Source of the DNA: Caulobacteraceae bacterium
Lineage (GTDB): Bacteria > Pseudomonadota > Alphaproteobacteria > Caulobacterales > Caulobacteraceae
Assembly: GCA_965284375.1 (NCBI GenBank)
Contig: OZ260074.1
Span: forward strand, 1,904,237-1,968,236
DNA: 64,000 nt
Reading direction: 5' to 3'
Numbering within the stretch: position 1 is the stretch's first letter; each line of letters begins with the position of its first letter. The notes below the pieces were generated by a model, which was not told the DNA's origin, ran no database searches, and saw nothing but the letters and a program-made list of their open reading frames with translations. A program made the translations under genes and the position numbers. Below are positions 19,193-32,442 of the stretch, piece after piece.

Positions 19193-20107
19193 TCACATGG
19201 CCGACGGCGGGGCGAGCGTGCCCATGATCGCGACGACGGCAATGAGCACGGCTCCGACAAGCGTCTCCGCGACGATGCTGCGTCGGAGCCGTTGAAGCGC
19301 CCGTCGAGGATCCTCGCCACCCGCCAGAACCGATCCCAACGTTGGCGTCAGGCGGAAGCGGTTTTCCGCCGCGAGGACCAGCATCAGCGCAAACAGCACC
19401 AGTTTGGCGATCAGGAGCTGGCCGTAAAGGCTGGTTCCCAGACCAGCTATGCGCGCGGGTCCGATCATGAACCAGCTGTTCCCCAGGCCACTCAGGACCA
19501 AGAGCACGACGGCCAAACTCCCCAAGCCCGCAAAGCCACGAAGGGCGCGATGGATCGCCGGGTCATCCGGGGTGGTTCGACGCAGCAAGAGCATCGTCAA
19601 GGCCGCGAGAGCGCCCAACCACAGCGAGGCGGAGACGGCATGGATGATGGCGGCGGTCAGATGCAACAGGCCACCCGGCCCCTCCGTCGCGGCCCCGTGA
19701 CCGGTCCAGGCGAAACTGGCCGATACGACCAGGCCGACCATCGCCAGCACGCCCCAAAGCACCTGTCCTGGCTTGAGGGCGACGATCGCGAGAAGCGCGA
19801 GCCCGGCGAGGACGGCCCGAGCGACCAGGGCCATACCGAGAGCCATGCCCGTGACCATGAAGGACAGCAACGCGGGTTTGAGGGCTTCGCTCAGCGACCC
19901 CGCCATGACCGCCGTCTGTGCCACCAGGGCGGCGAGCGATCCCAGGGCGACGACGGTCGCAGCGATGATCAGCGTCGGGCGCGCCCAGACGACGTTCGGG
20001 CCGCCGCCTCCCCTGAAGCTGTAGAGCAGGAACAGCGGTGCGCCGAGAAGGACGACCGCGCCGCTGTATTGAAGCCAGCGGAGCACAATGACCGCGACTT
20101 CGATCAT
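19193..20107 (-). CDS. copD: Copper homeostasis membrane protein CopD
   Basis: About eight TM segments, AWTGHGAA, H...WLGAL, LIAKLVLF; directly downstream of copC. Confidence 0.9.
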   Translation of the reverse strand: MIEVAVIVLRWLQYSGAVVLLGAPLFLLYSFRGGGGPNVVWARPTLIIAATVVALGSLAALVAQTAVMAGSLSEALKPALLSFMVTGMALGMALVARAVLAGLALLAIVALKPGQVLWGVLAMVGLVVSASFAWTGHGAATEGPGGLLHLTAAIIHAVSASLWLGALAALTMLLLRRTTPDDPAIHRALRGFAGLGSLAVVLLVLSGLGNSWFMIGPARIAGLGTSLYGQLLIAKLVLFALMLVLAAENRFRLTPTLGSVLAGGEDPRRALQRLRRSIVAETLVGAVLIAVVAIMGTLAPPSAM

Positions 20108-20111
20108 GCGG

Positions 20112-20474
20112 TCAGCGCACCGTGAAGGCGTAGGAACCCGTCATTCGGTGGCCGTCGCTTGATGCGATGCGCCAGTCGACGCGGTAGGATCCGGCGGCAA
20201 GACGGCGGGCCAGCCTCCCGTTCAGTGTCTTGCCGTCACGAGCAACCGAGGTTCGGACCGCGACCTTCTCGCCCGCGGTATTGACGACATCGAACCCGGA
20301 AAACGCGGGCACCGTGCGCTCACTGAAGGTCAGGCTCAGCGTCCGGGTTGAGGACACGGTCGCGTTCGGTGCCGGCGTTCCACTGACCAGTCGGGCGAGG
20401 GCCGCCGCTGGTCCGGCGGCGAACGCGACGACGGCCGCGACAGCGATGAATGGCGCGGGGTTGAAGTGACGCAT
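20112..20474 (-). CDS. copC: Copper resistance protein CopC (Leu at the usual N-terminal His position)
   Basis: LVSGTPAPNATV, LTFSE, YRVDWRIASSDGHRMTGSYAFTV. Confidence 0.9.
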   Translation of the reverse strand: MRHFNPAPFIAVAAVVAFAAGPAAALARLVSGTPAPNATVSSTRTLSLTFSERTVPAFSGFDVVNTAGEKVAVRTSVARDGKTLNGRLARRLAAGSYRVDWRIASSDGHRMTGSYAFTVR

Positions 20475-20656
20475 ACTCAGTCTCCAAACATTTGGCCGAT
20501 CCGGCCTTCTGGTTCTTTACGCACCTCGCGGGCACTTCCCTGACGGAGTGCGCGCGACTGACGGTGCCATATGCCAAGGGTGGGTCCTCCGCGTGAGACC
20601 CACTGGCGCTGGCTCCACTGGTCTATCCGGCTACGCCGGTGGCCGTGACGTCGAAG

Positions 20657-21082
20657 TCAGGTAGCGGGCATCGCAGACGCTTGCTTCTGAGTAAGCCAAG
20701 CGTCAATCATCTGGATCTCCCTCTCCTGAGCCGTGATCACATCCTGGGCGAGGGTCCGCGCCTCGGCGTCCTTGCCATGCGCGAGTTCCACACGGGCCAT
20801 AGCGATGGCGGCCTGATGGTGACCCCGCATCTGTTTCATGAAATCGATATCGGCGTCTCCGACGAAGGCGGGCATCTCCTCCATCATGGAGTTCATCGAA
20901 GACTTGTAGCCTCGCGTTGCGACGGAGTCGCCGGCTGCGGTCTGAGCCATGCCGCCCATGTTTCCGTGAGTGTCCGCGGTTGCAGCGACTTCAGTCGGGT
21001 CGGCGGCGGGGTCTGCCGCTTGTTGGGGTGAGCAGGCCGCCGAGAGGGCGCAGGCGGCGAGGATAACACTGATGCGGTTCAT
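20657..21082 (-). CDS. DUF305 (CopM-like) lipoprotein
   Basis: Lipobox LSAC; [25 protein letters not shown]...[12 protein letters not shown]. Confidence 0.9.
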   Translation of the reverse strand: MNRISVILAACALSAACSPQQAADPAADPTEVAATADTHGNMGGMAQTAAGDSVATRGYKSSMNSMMEEMPAFVGDADIDFMKQMRGHHQAAIAMARVELAHGKDAEARTLAQDVITAQEREIQMIDAWLTQKQASAMPAT

Positions 21083-21300
21083 GACGGCTCCTTGGGGTCC
21101 CGACGTTAGCGACCAGACCGGCAGGTTCGTTCCGTCAAGCTCTACGGCCCGCCCGCGCCAGGAGTTCGATCAGTTCGGCGGCTTTGGGCCAGGTGCCTGG
21201 GCAAACTGAGGCCGACCACCACGCCCGTTTATGGTTGCGATCTACATGCCGGCTCGCAACGTCGAGGCCCCGTGATGGTTTAAGACGGAGAGGAGCCTCC

Positions 21301-21690
21301 ATGACCTACTACTACAGCAAGACCAGCGATCTCCCGTTCGCGGAGGCCGTGGCACGCACACGCGAGGCTTTGAAAGAGCAAGGCTTCGGGATCATCACCG
21401 AAATCGACGTCACCAACACATTCAAGCAGAAGCTGGACCTCGACTTTCGGCCCTACGTGATCCTTGGCGCATGCAATCCGAAGGCGGCGTATGAAGCGCT
21501 CCTGCAGGAAGACAAGGTCGGCGTGATGCTACCGTGCAATGTCATCGTCCAACAGCGAGCCAGCGGAGGCGGCAGCGAGATCGCTGCGGTCGACCCTGTC
21601 GCCTCGATGTCAGCAATCCAAAACCCGGGTTTGAAGGCGAAGGCCGAGGAGATCGGAGCCAGCCTCAGGCGAGCGCTGGACGCAATCTGA
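21301..21690 (+). CDS. DUF302 domain protein
   Basis: LKEQGFGIITEIDV, YVILGACNP, GVMLPCNVIV; RBS gaggag. Confidence 0.9.
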   Translation: MTYYYSKTSDLPFAEAVARTREALKEQGFGIITEIDVTNTFKQKLDLDFRPYVILGACNPKAAYEALLQEDKVGVMLPCNVIVQQRASGGGSEIAAVDPVASMSAIQNPGLKAKAEEIGASLRRALDAI

Positions 21691-21900
21691 TAAGGCGCGA
21701 GCGGATGAGATCGGTTTACTCCATCCGGCAAAGTCACCCCACGAACTGCTGAGGCGTCCCCCAAGGCGCCTCAGGTAACTCGGAGGCGCTGTCCAACAGG
21801 CATAACTTCAGCCCAAAATCGCCGTGCAGGGTTTCGTCGTGCGGCGACCTCGGCCGTTGCCATTGCGAGCGGGTCGCACTATGGCGGATGCAGGAGTCGT

Positions 21901-22353
21901 TTGACCTTGTCTCGCCTGTTTCGCACTCTCTGCGTCAGCCTGTGCGCCGCCCTCGTGGCGGTTCTGAGTCTGCATGGGATCGAGGAGGGTCGGCACCAGA
22001 TCGCCCATGTGTCGGATTGGCCAGCCGTGGCAATCGACCACAACGATCATGTCGAAATCGCTGATGTCGATCACGGGGCGCTGCACATCCATGTCGCCCC
22101 CGGCGCGCCGGCCGATGACCCGCAGGATCAGGCCGAAGGCAGTAATGGCGATGAGGATGCCGGACGGCCCGCCAGCCATCACCACCATTCCAGCGGCGAT
22201 AATCACACCGCGATACCGGTCCTCCACCGCGACCTGAACCCTATCGTCGCCATCAACGCCGCGCTTCTCCAGCCGGCGGTCGATAGCGCACGCCCTGCCC
22301 ACGACGGCGACGGGCCTGAATACCCTCCTAAACGGACGCGCACGATCGTCTGA
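21901..22353 (+). CDS. His-rich protein upstream of czcCBA (CzcI/DUF2946-like)
   Basis: N-terminal hydrophobic segment, many His (SHHHHS), C-terminal GPEYPPKR. Confidence 0.7.
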   Translation: MTLSRLFRTLCVSLCAALVAVLSLHGIEEGRHQIAHVSDWPAVAIDHNDHVEIADVDHGALHIHVAPGAPADDPQDQAEGSNGDEDAGRPASHHHHSSGDNHTAIPVLHRDLNPIVAINAALLQPAVDSARPAHDGDGPEYPPKRTRTIV

Positions 22354-22404
22354 TCCGACGCGACCAGCCGGTCGCGCGCGCACCCCGTTTCCTGGAGATC
22401 TCCC

Positions 22405-23717
22405 TTGAAGACCCCATCGTCCGGCCTTGCCGGGCCGTGGGCGCGACTGACGGCCGTGTCGGCACTCGCGCTCATTCTGGCCGCTTCGCTGCCTCCGACC
22501 CCCGCTGTCGCTCAGGATGTGGCGGCGACCAACGCCTCGCCTGTCCTGTCACTGGACGAGGCACTGCAACGCTCTGCGCATGTCGATCCAGCCCTGGCTC
22601 CAACCCAGGCCAGACGATCGGCGTCGCTTGCAGCCGTGCGCCAGGCCGATGTTCGGCCCAATCCCACGGTGGGGGTCATGGTCGAGAACTTCCCGACTAT
22701 CGGCGGCGGAGACCTGTTCCGCCGCACCGAGACCACGCTCAGTGTCGAGCAGCGTTTCGAGCGTGGTGGTGACCGTCAGGCGCGGGTCTCTCTCGCCGAA
22801 GCCGAAGGGCTGCTCCTCGACGCCTCCGCCCGCATCCGCCAACTGGATCGGCTCGAACAGGTGCAGCGCGCCTGGGCTGACGCTCTGGCGGCCCAGGCCG
22901 AACTGGAGATCGCACGTGAGCGTCTCGACCTTGCCGAACGGTTCCAGACGGAGGTCGGTCGTCGGGTGGACATGGCGCGCGATCCTCTGTTCGCCGGTGC
23001 GCGAGCAGAAGCCGAACTGGCCCAGGCGCAGATCGATTTCGATCAGGCCGGGATCGCCGTTCGGGTCGCCAAAATCTCTCTGGCCCGGTTCTGGGATGGA
23101 TCGGCGGACTTCAGCCTCGGTGCCGACACCTTCGCCGATACCCGGTCATCGCTCACCATTGCGGACGGGGTCGCCCAGGCGGACCTCGACATCTTCGTCG
23201 CCCAGCGGGACATCGCCATCGCCCGCGTGGCCGTGGAGACCGCCCGCGCCCGCTTGGACGCTACGATCAGCGCTGGGGTTCGTCACTTCGGCGATGGCAA
23301 CGACCTCGGGTTCGTCATCGGTGGCTCGATCCCTCTGGGTCGCTATGACCAGAACCTCGGTGCCATCGACCGCGCCCGAGCGGAGGGTCTGGCCGCCGAG
23401 GGGGACCTCGCCGCCGCCCGCATCGATCGGGAGCGCGAGATCGCGCGCTTGCAGGTGCAGGTCATGGCTCGCGCCAGCGAAGCGCGGCGGATCGGGGAAG
23501 AGACCCTGCCCCAGGCCGAGCGCGCCGTCGTGCTCGTGCGTGACGGCTTCAACCGGGGCGGCTTCACCTACAACGACGTGATCTCCGCCCAGACCGCGCT
23601 GCTGCAAACCCGCGCCCGTCGCGTCGCAGTGCTCAAACAGTTCCACATCGATCGCGCCCGCCTCGACCGGCTGACCGGCGCGCACGGCGACCTGATCCTC
23701 GCCCTGGAGACCCAACC

Positions 23718-23721
<4 letters not shown>
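22405..23721 (+). CDS. czcC: Heavy-metal RND efflux outer membrane protein (TolC family)
   Basis: TolC-like helical repeats; first gene of a C-B-A operon. Confidence 0.9.
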
Positions 23722-28183
<4,462 letters not shown>

Positions 28184-28224
28184 CGACAGAGGCTAACATG
28201 ACGGACGGGCCTTACGCCCGTCCG

Positions 28225-29556
28225 TCAGTCCTTGGCCTTGGGCCATCGCGGATGTCTCTCGTCGATGACGAAGGGATGGCTGTGCACCGCATCGTCGGAT
28301 CGGCCTTCTGACAGATGGGGATCGCTGCCGGTCAGTTCGTCGTGATGATGCGGCAGGTCCGCCGGGTCGTTGGCGGGCCAGACCACGAAGCCGAGGACCG
28401 TGCCGACGGCGCATAGGCCCGCCAGCACAAGGAAGGCCGCGCTGGGGTCCGCCGCCGCGCTGACCAGACCCGCGACCGGATAGGCGATCAGCCATGCGGC
28501 ATGCGACAAGGCGAACTGCGCCGCGAACAGGGCCGGGCGATCCTGTGCGTTGGACGACCGGCGAAGTGCGCGGCCCGCAGGCGTCAGGGTCAGGGAATAG
28601 CCCACACCCATGATGGCCCACAGGACCACTAGAACGACATAGCTCGTCGCCAACACTGAGCCCGCCAGGAGCACAACCGTCATGATCGCCGCGCCCCACA
28701 GCATGGCCGTGCGGTCGGCGATCCTGTCCAGCAGGCGCGGCAGGGCGATCGCCGCCGCCATAGACCCGACCCCGAAAGCCGCCAGCGCCCAGGCGGCGGC
28801 CTGACCGGACATGCCGAAGCGCGACTGCACGAGCACCACGGTGTTGACGAAAACCATGGCACCCCCGGCGGCCTCGGCGATGCTGATCGCGATCAGGCCG
28901 CGCAGACGGGGGGTCAGCGCGAACAACCGCACACCGCCGGTCAGCCGCTGCACAAAGGGCTTCTGGATCGTTTGGGTCAGAACCGGCAGGGCGGCGCTGA
29001 CGACGAACGCAGCCGAAATGACGAAGCCGAGTGCGGTGCCTGCGAACAGATTGTTGTAGCTCATGAATGCCAGAAGAACGGCCGCCAGAACGGGGCTTGC
29101 CACGCTCTCCAGATCGGCCGCCAGACGCGAGAGCGACAGCGCCTTGGTGTATTCGCCCTCGTCCGGCAGAAGATCGGGGATCATGGCCTGAAACGCGGGC
29201 GTGAAGGCCGCAGACGCCACATAGAGAACCGTCATCAGGGCGTAGACCTGCCAGGCTTCGCCCACGAACGGCAGGGCTGCGGCAACACAGGCGCGGACGA
29301 CGTCGAGCGATACGAGAAGGGTCTTGCGAGGAAGTCTGGCCGCCAGCGCGCTCGCAAACGGCGCGACGCCGATATAGGCGATCATCTTGATAGCGAGCGC
29401 CATCCCCAGCACTTCGCCGGCGTTGGCACCCGCCAGGTCATGCGCCAGCAAACTCAACGCCACCGTGGCCATGCCCGTGCCGAGCAGGGCCGCGACCTGG
29501 GCGATGAAAAGGTGCCGGTAGCCGGCGTGCCGAAGCGGTGAAATCATGGACAGCAT
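28225..29556 (-). CDS. nreB: MFS transporter, NreB/NrsD-like nickel efflux, with His-rich tail
   Basis: YRHLFIAQVAALLGTG...ALAIKMIAYIGVAP, AAQFALSHAAWL, tail PHHHD...HSHPFVIDERHPRWP. Confidence 0.85.
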   Translation of the reverse strand: MLSMISPLRHAGYRHLFIAQVAALLGTGMATVALSLLAHDLAGANAGEVLGMALAIKMIAYIGVAPFASALAARLPRKTLLVSLDVVRACVAAALPFVGEAWQVYALMTVLYVASAAFTPAFQAMIPDLLPDEGEYTKALSLSRLAADLESVASPVLAAVLLAFMSYNNLFAGTALGFVISAAFVVSAALPVLTQTIQKPFVQRLTGGVRLFALTPRLRGLIAISIAEAAGGAMVFVNTVVLVQSRFGMSGQAAAWALAAFGVGSMAAAIALPRLLDRIADRTAMLWGAAIMTVVLLAGSVLATSYVVLVVLWAIMGVGYSLTLTPAGRALRRSSNAQDRPALFAAQFALSHAAWLIAYPVAGLVSAAADPSAAFLVLAGLCAVGTVLGFVVWPANDPADLPHHHDELTGSDPHLSEGRSDDAVHSHPFVIDERHPRWPKAKD

Positions 29557-29595
29557 CCAGCAGGCGGGGCTTGGCGTATGACGAGCCCTATTCGA

Positions 29596-29652
29596 GGTAA
29601 GCCATCGCGCAAAGCGGACGTTCCCGATGACTTCGATGGGTCAAAGGCGGCC
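29596..29652 (+). repeat. Decayed copies of the 24-bp unit
   Basis: aaagcggac (29611-29619) and gacttcg-atgggtcaaa-ggcggcc (29629-29652). Confidence 0.6.
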
Positions 29653-29671
29653 GTCTTGGCCGTTCGACGGA

Positions 29672-29726
29672 AATGTCCGCTTTGGGTCGGAAGCCGACCG
29701 TCGCTGAACGGTGGGAAGCGGACATT
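29672..29726 (+). repeat. Site B (49-bp bipartite core 29675-29723)
   Basis: aatgtccgctttgggtcggaagccgaccgtcgctgaacggtgggaagcggacatt. Confidence 0.92.
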
Positions 29727-29768
29727 GAAAAGCCGCTTCTTAAGAGGCACCGTGATCTGTCTCAAGGG

Positions 29769-30185
29769 GTGGAGAAGTCTGTCATAGCTACCAAAATCAC
29801 GCCCGCGAAAGCCGTCAGCCGTGGCACCCTGACCGTCAACGGCGCGGTCATGTCGATGATGTTTGGCCTCCCGGCGTTCGCTTTTGCGATGACCCTGCTC
29901 CTTGGGTTTGATGGGCAGACAGCCGCGCCAGTGGCAGGGCTCACCTTCTTCGCAAGCTGGCCGTTGGCTTGGCTCACATGGTCCCTTCTCGTCGTCCGGT
30001 GGAGGGTTTGGGCTTACGAGCGAGTTGACGATCTGGACGAACTAAAGATGCACGCGGTGGCTGCCGGTCTGATCTGGCGCGACGGGCACTTCTTCGAGCG
30101 AACGGAAATCCGCTCGCAGCATCAACGCAAACGCATTCGCGAACTTGAGCAGGATTGGGCAGCAAGGCGTGGAGACCGGGGCTAG
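29769..30185 (+). CDS. Hypothetical membrane protein (cassette 1)
   Basis: Two TM segments, then VRWRVWAYERVDDLDELK...GLIW. Start uncertain. Confidence 0.75.
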   Translation: MEKSVIATKITPAKAVSRGTLTVNGAVMSMMFGLPAFAFAMTLLLGFDGQTAAPVAGLTFFASWPLAWLTWSLLVVRWRVWAYERVDDLDELKMHAVAAGLIWRDGHFFERTEIRSQHQRKRIRELEQDWAARRGDRG

Positions 30186-30202
30186 CCTGCCATCTCGCTA
30201 GG

Positions 30203-30255
30203 AGGTCCGCTTTGGGTCGGGACCGGACGGTCGCCCAACGGCCGAAAGCGGACCT
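30203..30255 (+). repeat. Site C (core 30205-30253)
   Basis: aggtccgctttgggtcgggaccggacggtcgcccaacggccgaaagcggacct. Confidence 0.92.
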
Positions 30256-30315
30256 GTCTGACGGTTTAGCTCCTGCACCCCCAGACGGCGTATCCGTAGT
30301 CGACACAGCTATCGC

Positions 30316-30483
30316 TCAGAGAAGTTTGCGCTCCCAGGCCTCTTGCGCATCGGCGGTAAGGGCCAAGGCAGTCCACTCACGGGCGTGGGTGGCGTAGATT
30401 GCCTTCACGCCTAGGCTTGTTGCCTCCGCCGCCCGCATGAGAGCGTCGGTAGCTTTCGCTCGGCAGGCTTTGGCGTTCATCAT
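30316..30483 (-). CDS. Small hypothetical helical protein, 55 aa (cassette 2)
   Basis: MMNAKACRAKATDALMRAAEATS...AREWTALALTADAQEAWERKLL. Confidence 0.55.
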   Translation of the reverse strand: MMNAKACRAKATDALMRAAEATSLGVKAIYATHAREWTALALTADAQEAWERKLL

Positions 30484-30639
30484 GGCGGCATAGCCATGCG
30501 CCCTATCGCAAGGAATAGCGCAGTCTTTCTGCGGTGTAGCTTGCGACGGGGCCATCGCCACCTTCCGAACCTTGTTCTCAAAGGCGGCTTTGTCCTCGTC
30601 GCACTCTAGCTCGCGGGCTAGGATGACCCTACTCCTTGG

Positions 30640-30716
30640 GTTTGCTGGGCGGGAAAGCCGCCCGCCGCCTGAGGGTCAGAAGCACACCGTCGCTTTAGAA
30701 TGAACGGTGGATGCCG
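30640..30716 (+). repeat. Site D: three decayed tandem units
   Basis: gtttgct..gggaaagccgcc, gccgcct-gagggtcaga-agcacac, then gtcgct[ttagaat]gaacggtgga, which matches unit 2 of site B with a 7-nt insert. Confidence 0.65.
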
Positions 30717-30717
30717 T

Positions 30718-31698
30718 TTAGGTAAGTCGGGCCTCGGGTCGAGTGCCACCTATAAAGGCATGGATGCGTTCAGCGATAGCGTCGTCGTGGCCGAGCCAAA
30801 TGTGGCCACCGGTGGGATAGATCGTAAGTTCTGAGTGCGGGACCACAGCAGCAATTTTGCGTGCGGTGGCGGCGGTGCCAAACCGGTCGTCTTCAGCAGA
30901 AATCACTAACAGCGGCATAGTTAGAGCGGAAAAATCCATCTTCGCCGGATGCCCTGCCTGCACGGCGTCGTTTAGCATGCCCCTTGTTCGCGCGCGTATC
31001 GGCATAATGTCAGACGCGATGGAATATGCCCGCCTGCGCTCGCTCAGGCTGACTTTCGACAACAGACGCGGGTCCGTGGCTAGGAGCGTGCCAATCAGCA
31101 TTTCGGGATTTGCGTTGAGAGCCGACCAGTAGAGAAAGTCCGAGTTGAGCACCGCTCGGACGGCTGCCTGTTGCATGCCGCTCATTTCTACCGGATCGCT
31201 CCCGCTGACGTTCGCTGCAGGGACCAGCAAGATTAGACCGCTGCACCGATCGGAATGCCGCAAAGCGAATGCCGACGCAGACAACGCTCCTGCCGAACCA
31301 CCAATGACGGGAAGCTGATCGATCTGGAGATGATCGAGCAGCGTGACGAAGGCGTCGGCCTGATTGGCCAGGGACGGGTCAACCGGAAATTCGCTCCGCA
31401 GATACCCGAACCGCGAAGGGGCGATGACGCGATGCCCGAGATCCTGGAGCGCCGAACCGAACCGCAGCCCCTGATCGAAGCCACCGCCGGTGCCGTGGAT
31501 CATCAGGACAGGGGAGCCGGTGCCCGCAACGGCATACTCGAGTGCGCCAAATGCGGACTGTATGATCTGGCTTCGACCGGAGATGCGTCGCTCGGCCGCT
31601 TCTACGGCATGCCGGAAGCGCGTTGAGACATATCCGCCGCCCAGCAAGGCGACGGCTCCCGTTCCCAGCAACCACTGTCGGCGGCTAATCCGGCTCAT
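30718..31698 (-). CDS. Alpha/beta hydrolase (cassette 3)
   Basis: VLMIHGTGGG, IAPSRFGY, nucleophile elbow GGSAGA, PTGGHIW. Confidence 0.9.
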   Translation of the reverse strand: MSRISRRQWLLGTGAVALLGGGYVSTRFRHAVEAAERRISGRSQIIQSAFGALEYAVAGTGSPVLMIHGTGGGFDQGLRFGSALQDLGHRVIAPSRFGYLRSEFPVDPSLANQADAFVTLLDHLQIDQLPVIGGSAGALSASAFALRHSDRCSGLILLVPAANVSGSDPVEMSGMQQAAVRAVLNSDFLYWSALNANPEMLIGTLLATDPRLLSKVSLSERRRAYSIASDIMPIRARTRGMLNDAVQAGHPAKMDFSALTMPLLVISAEDDRFGTAATARKIAAVVPHSELTIYPTGGHIWLGHDDAIAERIHAFIGGTRPEARLT

Positions 31699-32096
31699 CC
31701 CTGTTCACGTCTGCCTATAAACACGGGCATCAGAGCGGCGATCATCTGGGCCGAAAGACCGACCAGTCCTGCGGTCGTAGCCAGCGCTGCCCACTGCTCC
31801 GGCACCGATCGTCCGAATAGCGCTGCACCGAGCAGCGCCTCGAACGCGAACAGCAATAGGACGAACCACAGGACCATCGCCCAGCGGATCGAAGCATCAC
31901 GAGGCACCTGCCAGTGCCTGACCGACCAACGGCAGGCAAAAACGGCGGCCACAAGCATCAACGGCACTTCGGCAGCCGTTGCAATGAGCTCACCGAGGCG
32001 CGGCGCGATGTAAATCACGCGGATAGTCCCCAGGCCGAAGCCTAAGGCAAACAGCGCCAAGAAATACATAGTTCCAGCGATCAGGGCGCGTTTCAA
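31695..32096 (-). CDS. Hypothetical membrane protein (cassette 3), coupled to the hydrolase
   Basis: Four TM segments, GTIRVIYIAPRLGE..A..AEVPLML; 4-nt overlap with the hydrolase start. Confidence 0.75.
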   Translation of the reverse strand: MKRALIAGTMYFLALFALGFGLGTIRVIYIAPRLGELIATAAEVPLMLVAAVFACRWSVRHWQVPRDASIRWAMVLWFVLLLFAFEALLGAALFGRSVPEQWAALATTAGLVGLSAQMIAALMPVFIGRREQG

Positions 32097-32307
32097 AACA
32101 GTTCCCTGCAATGTCAAACTTGGCGATACCAGTAAGGCCCCGTATTCGCATGGAGCCATAACGGTGCAGGACCAATACGACCGTTCGCACGGAAGAGCCT
32201 ACTCTTTCTGCGGCGTAGCTTGTTCGAGTCGGCGCTTCTCTCCCTGTGACCGCAGTTCAAGGAGAGAGCGCACGGCCGTTGCAACGACTTCCGCCAACAG
32301 CGGCTGC

Positions 32308-32358
32308 ATGTCTGCAACGGGTCGGGAGCAGACCGTCGCCTAGGGGTGGAAAGCAGCC
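32308..32358 (+). repeat. Site E (core 32310-32358)
   Basis: atgtctgcaacgggtcgggagcagaccgtcgcctaggggtggaaagcagcc. Confidence 0.85.
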
Positions 32359-32442
32359 GGTCAACAAAGCGACGATATGCGCTTGCCGATCCCGCTCGAC
32401 GGGGGCAGTCGGTCGGGCATGAGGCCCAAGAACGCGACCGAT

